A stretch of DNA of 64,000 nucleotides from Vicugna vicugna. Taxonomy: Eukaryota. The notes beneath the pieces were generated by a model. That model worked only from the letters and a program-made list of their open reading frames with translations. It made no database searches and was not told the origin of the DNA. Positions 36,501 through 49,230 of the stretch are shown here, one piece after another (position 1 is the stretch's first letter; every line of letters begins with the position of its first letter). The stretch is from positions 2,963,967 to 3,027,966 of the forward strand of contig MU058636.1 in the NCBI GenBank assembly GCA_013265495.1, given 5' to 3'. Both the position numbers and the translations under genes were made by a program.

Positions 36501-38751
36501 AAAGAACCAGAAAATTAAATATCGAAACAGTCATATGATTCAGAATCATGGGACCACTAAGCTAAATTAACTGGTGGGAAAAAAAAATCCTCTGTAAAGA
36601 GACTATACAATGATTAAAAGGTATTTAAAATCTTTGAAAAACAATATTTATTTACAACACATAGATCAAACTAAGCATGTCTGCCATTTTATAACAGTAG
36701 AACTAAATGGTCCAGCAGCTCTCCATAGCAACTGTCACCCTAGAATTCAGTCTGAAAAACAATCAAATTTTAATTTTCCACCTCAATTTTTAAAGTTCTC
36801 AAATCTCAGGAGTCCCTCAGGGTAGGAGAGATTTAGAATCACCTGAGAAGCTTTTTCAGGTATCTGTAGGCCTGGACCCCCCTGTAGGAACTCTCCTGTG
36901 TCCTCCTGGATGAAGTCACAGGCAGCTCCACCTTTGAAAAGGGCACTTCTTTACTGCCTTCTCTTTGAGAAACATGGCTATATGTGCCATGCATCTTTTC
37001 ATAAAAATTAGTCTCTGCTGAGGAAAAATTACTCCCTTAGTATAACTGAAAGAAATATTACGAATTTCATTGCCCTCACACTTTCAGATAATCTGTCCTC
37101 CCATATCTTTTATTGTGAAACTTCACAGCACTCAAGAAATTGAAATTATAGAGCACAATTTGAAATACTCATTACACACCATTTTCATGCAATTACTCCA
37201 ACACAATTTAGTGTGTATAATGTATACACAGGCTAGATTTAAAAATAAATTCTTAACAAGCAATTCTACCTCTTTTGAAAACAACTAAGGGTTTATAGAA
37301 CACTAAGGGCACGAGAAATGCCATTCTAGAATAAACCGGTATGCATCCTAAGTAGCACCTTGTATCCAGTATCAGTAAATAACATGCAAGTCATTCAATT
37401 AAATAAAGTTGTGCCATGGAGGAAAAAGGTTTTTACTCAGCTAGTGGGTAGATATTTCCTCTTTTATGGGCACTGATTGACTTACTAACCTTTACATCAG
37501 TCTACTTTAGAAAATAACCAGAAAACATCTAATGCCAGGCTGCAAAATGGGATTTATCACTCTTGTCAATTGCTATTGGTTTACAGCGGCTGCCAAAAAT
37601 GCTCCATTAAGAAGAATTCTGAAGACACCTCAGAACTCAGTACAACATGAGTTGTGATTAATTATCCATGTCTGTCATGGGAACTCCTAATCCTGACTTA
37701 ATTTATACCTACCCATCTGTCTATATAATCCTGGAAAAATCACTTCACTGCTGAGGGCTTGATTCCCAGCTGGTAAAATGGGGAGCCAGACGAGAACCTA
37801 GATGGCCAGTCTAGCTTCTTCACTGCTCCTGAATTCTGTGATTTGATTATCCCAGACTTCAATTCTCATTGCCTTTATCCTTCATTTTCTACTTCCCACC
37901 AAACTACTGGTTTTAACCCACAATTCTACATCTAGTTTGCCATATTAATTCTATGAATTTTTGAAGCTTTTTCTCTAGTGGCTGTTTTTATCCAGTAACT
38001 GTTTTTATTGTTGTTCACTGAAGTATGAGTTAGCCTAATAAGTGTAAACATAGTGTCAAGTGGAGAGTCTTAAGAGCATCACTGCTTCTCTGAGGGCTGT
38101 ATTGGATCCAACTATAATCAGCTTTGCTTGTAGTTCTGAAAAAACTGAAGGATTCTGAAGAGGAGATGGCAGAAGTTGAGTCAAGATTTTTTTTAAAAAA
38201 ACTATTTCCAAGATTAGCAAGAAATAAACCAAAACATTTATATCGGTCACCTTTTCTGCCACTTTAAACATATTTTTTATATTTCCAAAGTTTTAAAAGA
38301 ATTATCAATTGCTTTGTAATGGATAAATATATTACTATGCAATTAATAATCTACTTTATTAATTCACTGTAGTGAGTAAAAACCACAATCATCATTAACA
38401 AACATGCATTAAACATCTTCAACAGTACCTTTAGAAGGTATCAGATATATAAGATGAAATTCTGAAAGCCTCTGTTTGCTAAAGGGAAAACTGAGGAGAG
38501 CACTGTGTAGGCAACTTTAATTAATGACCTATTTTAGATGATTAAAATCATCTTCCAAAAGCCCTTATGACTTATGATGAAAAAATATTAAGTATTTAAT
38601 GTATAGCTAGCAAATTTACTTTCCATCAAATTTATTAAAACGTACCTCGGTATGCTTATTTCTCTATGTATGTATGTATACACAAAGCATACAGTGCATA
38701 TATGTCCATTTACTAAACCTGAGCATGATTTTTTAATGTTAAATAATTATA

Positions 38752-38793
38752 GAATTTCAAATACTATATATTGAATTTCAAATACTATATATT
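38752..38793. repeat. Perfect 21-bp tandem duplication
   Basis: gaatttcaaatactatatatt repeated twice. Confidence 0.9.
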
Positions 38794-39029
38794 TAGGATA
38801 TATTCCTGGCCACATTTTTGTTTACTTAATGCTGAGTCCTTAACTGGAGATGCAACTCCAAATATGACATCATTACTATAGAAAAACTTATAATTTATTT
38901 CATGCTTTCTAGAAAAGTACATGATAAAAAAGTAGGGAATGCTATTGAAACATGTGTACCCACACAAACAAGAGTCATGAAGACATTCCAATATGTTATT
39001 ACTCAAAACCCTAGATTTTACCAGCTCAC

Positions 39030-39385
39030 TGTACAACCAGGGTTTGGTTATCAGCTCTACTACTTAATAGCTGTGACACCCCAGACATACTACTTGACTA
39101 TTCTGGGAGCTAAGTTTCTCAGCTGTAATACCGCTGCTACCAACATCTGTTTCACACTGTGGAGTTTGCAAAATGTTTTGATACATATTAAAGTCACTGG
39201 ATACTCACAGCGTCTTCATTTTCTCATTCTGCAGATGACTTACCCAAGGTCACATGCCTGGTAGCAAGACCAGGGCTTACATACAGTTAATGCCCTACCT
39301 ACTTAGAATCTGTTTTGAAGCTCAAATGAGACACTATGTGAATGTATTCTGTAAACTCTAAAACTTTTTGTAAAGCTGTAAAGTA
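39030..39385. mobile_element. MIR fragments (mixed orientation)
   Basis: 'ctactacttaatagctgtgac' (+) and 'gacttacccaaggtcacatg' (-). Confidence 0.55.
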
Positions 39386-39639
39386 GCATATTATTATCCA
39401 TGTTGCCTTATTAGGGAGGTAGTGATTGTATTCAATGTTCTCTAGAGTTACATCTAGATGTAAAACTGAAAATTAGAAGAGGTTTTAAGTTTTCTTTTGC
39501 TATTAGAAAAGTTAATTTAAAAAGGTTCCCACTACCTAAAGACTATTAACATTTTTTTACACAGTATGATCATGTTCAATAAAACGTAAATTTTCTTTTT
39601 CTCAAAATAATATAAGAATCTCTCCATGGTATTAATTAT

Positions 39640-40430
39640 GCATTCAGCCAAAAAAAAAGTAATATTAGCACCTACTATAGACATACTGGGTATGTAAGAA
39701 GCAAACAAAAGACAACTTGTACGGAAGAGCTATAAAGGAAACGATCTAGAGCAGGGAACTTTGTGAAGGCCTTCACTGAAGGGCCCTCTGAGGAGGTGAC
39801 ACACTGAGACCTAACTAGGAGTCGGAAATGCAAAGTGTAGGTGGTAGAGCACTCTAGGCAGTAGGAAGAGCATGTATGAAGACTTCAAGGAGGAAAAGAC
39901 AAGACCCATCTGAGGAAAGAGAAGACAAACACCAAGGACAGACTAGTAACTGAGGAAGAGGCACCAAAGAGGAGGAAGAGCAGGCAGGGGCCTGACCTCA
40001 CACAGCCTGGGAAGCAGTCTGAGCTGCACTTAAAGTGTACTGTGAAACACTGAGAAGTTTTAAACAGGGAGGCACATGATCCAAGTTACACTGAAGATCA
40101 CCTTGGCTGTGGTATGGATAAGGTAGCTAATGAGATAAGGAGATGAGAGCCCAGATTGTGCCTGGAAAAAGGCTAACATTTAAAAAGCAAATAGAGAGCT
40201 GGCAAAGGAAGCTGAGAGGGAGCAGCTGATGAGAAAGCAAGAAAATTATATATGTGGGGTCATGGAAACTAAGAGAGGGAAGTGTTTAAACGAAGACCAG
40301 ATGCCCTACTATTTTAAGTTCTGCTGAGAGGCCAAGTAAGATGAAGACAGGGAAGCGTCTCCTGGATCTGTAACCTGGAGATCACTAATAACCTAGAACA
40401 GTTCCACTGGCGTTCAGTCTATTTTGTGCA
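39640..40430 (-). mobile_element. L2 LINE fragment(s)
   Basis: Purine-rich stretch with reverse L2 phrases 'ctctgaggaggtgac', 'agatcaccttggctg' and 'tgctgagaggccaagtaagatgaagac'. Confidence 0.65.
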
Positions 40431-40850
40431 CAATGTTTGTAAGTATTTAATGACTACTCAGTATTTCACTGAGCAATCTAGTTCTGAACAGTGAGGTACA
40501 AGGGAAGCTCATGCGGGCTCCTAGGAAATTTAATCCTTTGCTGATAAGAGAGAAATGCTGAAGGAAAATGGCAGTTGGACTGTTCCTGCCATGCCCTCCA
40601 CTCCATCCCTTGCCCTCTGCCGTTTCTGCCCTTTGAACTGGTTATGATATCTGAAGCCATGTGGCTCTCTTGAATCCACAGCGCAACAAGCACAAGAATG
40701 AAAAGAGAACCTCCAACAATGGAAAAACCCAGCAAAAAGCATTCCCTCCCTTCTTTCAAATATTCAAGAGTAACATTTCCTCCCTTACTCTGGCTTTCCA
40801 TCTCCTTCCCAAATTTCTTCTCCAGTACAGGGCGAAACTGTACTAATGTG

Positions 40851-40995
40851 GGGGTGGGGGGAGGGTATAGCTTAGTAGTGGAGTGCATGCCTAGTATACA
40901 CGAGCTCCTGGGTTCAGTCCCCAGCACCTCTGCTAAAATCAATAAATAAAAATAAACCTACCTGCCTCACACTCCAAAAAATTAAAAATTAAAAA
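40851..40995 (+). mobile_element. tRNA-Ala-derived SINE (camelid Vic-1-like)
   Basis: tRNA-like head and A-rich tail. TSD aaactgtactaatgtg (40835-40850) / aaattgtattaatgtg (40996-41011). Confidence 0.9.
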
Positions 40996-41469
40996 AAATT
41001 GTATTAATGTGCCTGTCTTTGGAATGCTCTCCCTTCTGAACCTCATCAATTCTTAAAGTGCCTAACGTAATTCCTGAGTCCCTCAAGAACTGTTCCAAAG
41101 GAGCCACAGGGATCATGACCTGATGTACACAATTCTCTCCAGTCTTTTCAATTCAAACTTCAACCTACAAGTTTTCAGGCTGGGATGCAGACCTGCACTC
41201 CGGCTCTTGTGCGACTTAGCTCCCAATGAAAGCCTAGCTGCGAGAACCGCTACTCGCGGTTACGTCACTTGAAGTATATGCAGCTTGTTTCTTCTGGATC
41301 AGTTATTCTTAAACATAAATCAGAATATATCTGGGAAACTTTTCCAAAATACAATGCAAAGAACCACCCCAAACCCGCTGTAGCATTTCCAAGGGCACAT
41401 CTGTTGAAGCCCCCAGGTGATTTTGCTGTGTCTAGCCCTGGGTAAGATTTTTCTGCTGTAGGCGTTCTA

Positions 41470-41902
41470 CAGCTGCACCATTCAATATGGTAGCTGCTGG
41501 CTACATGTGGCTACTGAAGACTTGAAATTAATTTAAATTTATAATCTAATGTATGAGATTCAGTTATTCGGAAACTTCAAGTATGTCTGGAACGTGGGCG
41601 TATGAATCTACTTCTAAAATGCAGATTTTCTGAAATCTAAGTACAGACAGTATTTCTAATGAAAATTTAACATCTGAATTGAAATGTGCAGTGAGCAGAT
41701 CTCAAAGACTTATTATGAAAACATGTAAAATACTATTAATGATTTTATATTAATTACATGTTGAGATGATGATATTTTGGATATATTAGGTTAAGACATT
41801 TTTAAAATTAATTTCACCCATTTGTTTTACTTTTTAAATGTGGCTACTAGAAAATTTTAAACTATATATATTGCTGCATTCTACTTCTATTGGACAGTAC
41901 TG
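41470..41902. mobile_element. Charlie1/MER33-like hAT DNA transposon
   Basis: 'ccattcaatatggtagct...ctacatgtggcta', 'gatattttggatatattaggttaa', 'ttctattggacagtactg'. Confidence 0.8.
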
Positions 41903-42473
41903 TTCTTTAAAGCATCATTTTTACCAGTTGTGACTAGGGGTTATGCCATTCAAAACTCCCTATTATATTTACTTGGAGAGAGCTATTCACTATATTACTC
42001 AATGTCTCCTTTACAAAGGCCTATGTAAGAAATTTCTCTCAGACTTCAGTGTCAGGAAAAAAAAATTCCTTCTCCTAAGCAACTGGCATAATTTTATTTT
42101 ATGAACAATGTTAACCTTATTATAAATGAGCTACCTGTTTGTTTCAGCCAAATGATAGCCAAACTTCAGTACGTGCACAGAATCTTCAAGAATACTTCTC
42201 TGCCTAGCCCTACTTAATATTCTACCTTACCTTCTCTTTGCCCAGATTTTAATTTTCTTTTTGAAAGTCACAAATCATTTTTTTTTGGCAATGAGATAGA
42301 AAATAACCTTCAATAAGCATCAAAGCCTAGATAAATTCTAAAAATTAGTTAAGTAAAATATTAAAATATTGTATTCAATTCCTTAAAATGTTATTTCTTA
42401 TTTTCTAATTCACTCTGCATAATTAATTCTTTTTGATGAAAATAAAGCAATCTTTAAACAACACACGACAGTA

Positions 42474-42707
42474 CAGTTGACCTCAGAACAACATGGAGGA
42501 TAGGGGTCCACCCCTCTGAATGGCTGAAAATCCAAGTATAACTTATAGTCAACCCTCCATATATACAGTTCCCCTGTATCCATGGTTTTGCATCTGTGGA
42601 TTCAGACAACTACAGATCATGTAGTGCTGTAGTATTTTAAAAACAAACACAACAAACATGTATAAGTGGACCCATACAGTTCAAACCCATGTTCTTCAAG
42701 GCACTCT
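42474..42707. mobile_element. Tigger2/MER8-like mariner MITE
   Basis: Begins TA|cagttgacc...gaacaacatgg and ends aagtggaccc...cagttcaaacccatgttcttcaagg, the inverted terminus. Confidence 0.75.
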
Positions 42708-42760
42708 CATATACTCTGGAGAAGAAGAACCATCCACTTTTGAAATAATATGAAAATCCT

Positions 42761-42886
42761 TTACAGCTCAAGTGGTAGAGCACATGCTTAGTATGCATGA
42801 GGTCCTGGGTTCAATCCCCAGTAACTCCCCCCAAAATAAATAAGTAAACCAAATTACCCTCCCCCAAAAAAACCCAACCAAAAAAA
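42761..42886 (+). mobile_element. Slightly 5'-truncated tRNA-Ala-derived SINE (camelid Vic-1-like)
   Basis: agctcaagtggtagagcacatgcttagtatgcatgaggtcctgggttcaatcccc. TSD gaaaatcct (42752-42760 and 42887-42895). Confidence 0.88.
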
Positions 42887-45800
42887 GAAAATCCTCAGAG
42901 GAAAAAGATGCTATTAGTGATGCTATTTTGCTTATCTAACAAAATAATGTTTAGGGTCACAAAAGAAGGAATCCAAATCAAGCTCCTTGAATTCATTCAT
43001 GGGAGCTGATTCCTATCAAGCCTAACTGAAGAGGAAACAGTAGTTTCAGGTTTAACTTAGCAGCTTAAAAAAAAGAGAGCGTATGTAATGTTATTTGGCT
43101 AAAGATTTTGTGAAATTATCTCATTTATTTACAGCCAATATGAATCGATTGTTTAACTACCTCAAAGGTCATAAGCAGCAACAAGATCCTTCAGCAATTA
43201 CGCATTTCATTCATGAGCCCTTAACTGAAACTGAGCCTACCTGCTGTTTACAGGTTCTATCAAAGAGAACAAATTTACATTCTACCAAACAGAAAACTTA
43301 ATCTAGAAATGAAACTCATGGTAACAATCTGAAAGTTTGCTAAAAGCTTCTTTTCTTCACATGAATAGATCACTTCATATGGAGATAAACATCACCTATG
43401 TAATGAGAAACAATAATAAAAACTTTAATTCTGACTTTCCAAGCCAAGTTTTGCACAGGGGTAAAGGGGAGAAAAACTAATACTTTTTCAACAATTCACC
43501 AAATCTTCACTGAATACCCCCACTTTTTTAAGCACAATAACAGGCCCAAGATTCAAGGCTGAGTAAGATGCACAGGTCCCATGCTCTCACTTGGGAGACA
43601 GGAGTGTGATTAAGCGTGGCCCAGATGGGTTGTTGTCTAGGAATTCAGGTCTACGAGGGACACCAGAGCACCACTGGGATATACTGTCCATGGATGGCTG
43701 AAGTCAGATCAAGTTCCAAAACTGAACAGTATAGAGATTTTTACTGGGATTAATAAATGTTATTGCTTAAATTTTAAGTGGCCTTTAGGAAGTTGGCTGG
43801 CTTAGAAAAATCATGAATTAAAACTACCAAAACTTGTAGAAAATTGACCCCAGCAGAAATGAAGTTCTATATGGAAATGTTATGAAAATAAAACTAGTTT
43901 ATCCTTCTTCCATCAAATACATGCCAAGCAAATATTTAAAGAATATTATTATTAATTCCCAACTCACATGAACTGACCTAACCCCGGGCAAACAAAGCAG
44001 CAACTGAAATGTCTATCCAGTGTAACTCGGCACTACAACAGAAATCCTATGTCATCTGGCACACAGAGCCAACACGCACCAACACAGACTTCAAAGGGCC
44101 TGGACCATCCCAGGAAACGGGCTCCTAAACTGGGATCTCAAAAAGGAGTCAGTCAAGTGGAAAGTGAGTGGGGGAAATACCTTTTATAATACATCTGCCT
44201 CAAACTTCTGAGATCTTCTACTCTGAATGCTCTATAATTATAAATATACATACTCTGAGAAATTGCCATGAATTACCAATCTGCCATAGATCAAAGGAAT
44301 CAAAGACATTAACATTAAAATTACTTTACCAAGTTAGCAATTTCCTGAATAATTTGGGAGGGCTAAAAGCCAAGGAATATATTTAACCCACTGCAAAACT
44401 AAAAACATCCTCCTTTTATTCTCAGTCTTCTGAATGCCATTTAATCCCCAAATATGTACTATCTTCTCAACTCAGAACCACAAAACAAAAATTCAGGCAA
44501 CATTACTGGCATGTTGTGGAAGTTCTCAGCTGTGCTTCCTCAGTTACAGAGATCTAACTTTAAGTTACTAGTTGAGTTCCATACCTGGGTAAACAACTGG
44601 CTTTATCATTCACAAACTGATTAAACAGATTCCAATCCAAACAGAAAAGCACTCAATGGAAGATGTCTGGAAAATCCCTTAATGCAATAAAGGAAACACA
44701 TACAGTCCTTTCTTAGCTTTATCTTCTGGGGCCAGCTTGTGAACAGCTGCATAATCTACACATTTCTAATGGACATAAGCTTAGCATCCTTCAGTGAGTA
44801 TCAAGTAATCAGTCTCTGCCATCATAAACACCATTTATCACACAATGAGGCCCTTAGGACCTATTAGAAAGGTGCTCAGGGATATTGTCCCCTAAACTTT
44901 CAGGATGCTTGGTAGGAATTCTGCCACTTTTTTTCCCCTTTTTTTCAGCTCTAGACCCTGAATTACTAGAAATAATCTATTAAATAAGACGATATGAATG
45001 AAAGCATTTTGTTAACTTTATGTAAAGCATTCTATAAATATATTGCAATTTTATGAGTATTATTTAAGTATGTTAATGTTACTGTTATTATGCTACTTTG
45101 TATAGAGTCCTTTCTACCACTCAGTAAAGGAAATGTGGTACTGAAGAAACTGACTGGATTATGAAATATAATCACAGAATTTAGGAAATTTACTTTTGGA
45201 ACCCACTAACAGTAAGACGCTTTTACACAGTAGCTGTCTGTTGTGGCTACCCAGAGAGCATATCTCCTACTATGGGCTGAGATAATCAGTTTTAAACTAA
45301 AATAAGAGCAACTATGCCATCAATGCTGAACTCTGAAAATCTTCTAGAAATAAAGTTTATCAATTTGATTATGTGAACTGGTGTGCTATGTCTGCTGTTT
45401 GGAGACCTTACTGTTACTGTCTTGGTCTTGACTAAGCTCTCCACAGCAGAGACTGCTATACAGGTAACCACTAGGGAAACCAGCGGCCATCTATCCTCTG
45501 CTGTATCATATCTTGATTCAAGATACAGACCACAGATTATCTTGGCTGCATGTAACAATGCTCAAGAGCAAGACAAACACTGTGGCAATGCTGCTATGTT
45601 GTGGACATTCTGTGCTAAGGGATGTTGTTCCAAACTACAGTGTTAAATGCTAAACCACTTCAGTTTAAAAAATCGTATGTAGAAAGTGAATACATGAATT
45701 TGATTTCTTGTCTGCTTTATTTTATTATTCATTCCGGAATAAAAGAACAAAAGCATTTTCTAATTTAGACTTTGAATGTCAACACAGGGAAAGGCTATTG

Positions 45801-48800
45801 TTAGCTATAGTTCAATATGCTATAATGTTTAAAATAAAAATATAAATTAAATACATAAATTTCAGTTCCTTTTGTTTATTTTGTCTCCTGTTTGACAGAT
45901 CTGTAGAGGCAGCAGAAACCTTGAATTTTTTTAAAATATGACTTAAGTTGTCCAGGCTTGCTCCTGTGATTTAATCACCACTTTAGCCCCTCCCCACCCT
46001 TGAGAGTGGAGAGGGGTGAAGATGAGGACAGTTGCAGTAATGGTAGTGAGAGAACGGGTCCAGGGAGGAACAGGGAAAGGGCCATAAACAAAATAGCTTA
46101 AATGTATTAAAAAGGACAGGGTTTCTAGAGGTTATGGATGTTTTAAATGTCTATCTGTGATCCAACTCTAAACATAGAAAGTAATCATAGACAATTAAAA
46201 AAAATTCTCCCGCCAACAGCAGATCATCAAGTTTGTTAAAAGGGGTAGTCAAGTGCAAATTCGCAGGTACATGTGCAGACACATAGATAAACCTGCACAT
46301 GTGGCTGGTCCCTACTGGGATCCAGACCTGGGTCAGGGTTCTGAGAGATGGGAGAGCAGGGAGCTGGGTGAACAGCAACCAGACATAAAGAAATGCCTTT
46401 TCTCTGTAAGCCAAGGATTCCAACTGAACCTTGATTCAGAGTTTTTAAACTTTTGCTTTTATTCAGCTCAAGTGTTATAGAAAAATAACTTAGATTGAAC
46501 TGTTAGCAAACGTTTATTTTTAGCTCTCCATTCACCCTTAACTGCATAGAGGAGTGAAAAAAGGAAGTTAAGAAGAAAAAAAAAGCTAAAAACTAAGAAA
46601 ACAGCCACACTTTACCTCTAGTTTTGATACACTCATATGCTTTCTAATTCATGATAAAGAAGTCTAAATTTAGACAGACTGAGGAAAAAAGATACTATCA
46701 CACACATCCTCTTCAGCCAGGAAGAGAAAGTTAATAGTATCTGCAAAGCCTTCAAACCACAGGAATTCAGAGACACTTAACATCAATTATTTAAATGACG
46801 ACTAACCTATTACAGAGCAAAGGAAAAGGAACAAACTGCTTAGGTCACTGACCAGAGGTACAAACATTATTTTCTTCCTTTTCCTTCCAGTAAAGAAGGA
46901 AGGCAGCAACCGAATGATTTCCCAAATTAAGGCCAATCAATCACCTAAAAGACATTTCTCTGTCCAAGAACTATTTTTAAATTTTGAGGCAATTTTTTTA
47001 GCTTTCAAAAATAGTCTGTTACTTATTTGAGAAAGTTCTTACTTCACATAATACATATGCATGCCACAAGTGTGCTTGGGCTCCACATTAATGGCTAATG
47101 TTTAACAGTCTATATTCTGACTGCAAGGTCAGAATACTTTTTCACCTCTTTTAGAGGTAAGACAGAATTGAGAACTCTACAAATATTGTATAAAGTAGAA
47201 TTAGAAAGGACTTTCCTATGCCCTCTCTACTTCTCCATGTTAATAAGACAAAATCACTTCAATACTAAGCACATTTTGACATGTTGAGTTTTTCAGTGCC
47301 TTTAGTTTAAAATTACTAAAAGGGAGCATTAAAATGTCTTTATAGACTTTATATCTGTATGGTTGATAGTGTTAGGTAATTATTGCTAATTCTGAAGCTG
47401 TGATGATTGTTGTGGTCTTTATTTCAAAGAGTCATTATCACATATCTCATATATATATTTCAAAGTAATTCTGGAAGAGCAAGTAAAACTTACTGACCGT
47501 GAGTTGGTAACTGTTGAAGTTAGAATATGAATATATGGGGTTTCATTATACTAATATCTCCACTTCTGTGTACGTCTGAAATTTTTCGTAAAACTTAAAA
47601 TAAGTGTTTACAAAATCCCACCTAAGGGACTCAATGTTGTAATCTAAAAGAATTGAGTCAATCTGTAAAGCTGGTCACTTAGCTTTGGGTCAGAAAGTGA
47701 AAAATTTCACAGTGTAAGATGGAAAAGGAAGGCCAAGCAAGGCGTTCTGCTGCAATATGCATTCATACCAGAAGTCCTGGAATAAAGAAACATGGTTACA
47801 GAGTTTGAAAGAAATACATCTACCAGTAAATACAAGATTCCACCGAGATAAGAAGGGTGTTATAATGGTACTTTCACAAATCTGGAAGAAATTAACCTAC
47901 CTATTCATAGAATTAGAAGACTTAATATAATAAAGCAGTTATATATTTTCTGTAACCCATCCTGGATAATTACTGTTTATTAATAATAATGAATTAAACT
48001 AGTAGGGTACTGTAAATTATGTAGATTTCTTTTTTATGAGCAGTTTTCAAAAATAGAATAAAATGTACTCTCCTTTCCACCAGAAAGGATATCATTTAAA
48101 TAAAAAAAAAAGAGGAAAACTAGAAGAGAATCGTATTAGTAATTTAGAGAGAAACAATTTAGAAAGAATCCAAGTATATCCCCGCCCCCACCAACAATTA
48201 ATGAGCAACATGCATTAATGTTAAAGGCTGACTAAAAGACCGGATACCTCCATCACAGGGAATAACTCAAGGGTAATGATCTCCTTTCCCCACCCTCTAC
48301 CCCCCAAATTTTTCTATAGACAACTGCAAAGATAAAATGCCAACCACTTAAGAAATGTGAAAGAGTCTACAAATAAGCTTAATAGAATGATTTATAGTGT
48401 TTGGATAAGCGTAAGAATGTCTCCTAACTTGCAGTACTTACTCCCAACACATGGTATGTTCTTTCTTTTCTGGAAAGAAGTTTCTCTTATGAAGGCCTGA
48501 GTGACAGTGGTATATATTAGTGATCCTGCAAAAAAGATGTACCAGAGACAAGCAGAATCCCACTGAGAGGTTGACTTTTTATAGTAACACAGAATGAATT
48601 CTAGATTTAGACTACTCCCAGATTCCTTGCAGTCCTAGAGTTTATTTTACATTCATGGTTCCTATCTTTGAAATGGTATTAGACGTTTAAAAACACTAAA
48701 TTCAAGACCGGTTTTTTTTCCCCTTGAGTCATCTTCCACTCCTTTGTTCTTTCAACCTAAAGAATCAGTAATGGACGCTGTTCAAACCAACATGCCAGGT

Positions 48801-49014
48801 TACAACCATGATATAAACAGAAAACTTAACTGCATAATAAAGATATTAAAGTTGACCCATCACCTGATTTGCTATTATTTGTTAAGTAAATGCTGCTTTT
48901 TGCTCTATAATCTTACTATATGCGTACAGAAAACCAACTGCCTCATTTCTAATTACATAGTAATATTTAATAATACAATACATCTTCCCAGAATTCCAGA
49001 GGTGTTACACAGTC

Positions 49015-49230
49015 ACATAATAGGCTCTAGAAACAGAATGCCTGGATTTGAATCCTGGTTCCACCACTCACCAACAAATTGTTTTATTTCTCCATGTTTC
49101 AGTTTCCTTATCTGTAAAATGGGTCTAGTAATAATTCCTAGCTCAGAACACTGTAGGAAAATTTTATTGAATTAATATGTGTGAAGCACTTGAAACAGTG
49201 CCCACCTGAGCACTCAATACAAACTAAGCT
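49015..49230 (+). mobile_element. MIR SINE
   Basis: 'cctggatttgaatcctggttccaccact...ttcagtttccttatctgtaaaatggg'. Confidence 0.85.

Noticed and set aside
40478..40942. 154-aa minus-strand ORF
   Set aside because: It starts within a SINE and crosses LTR-like debris, with no protein similarity.
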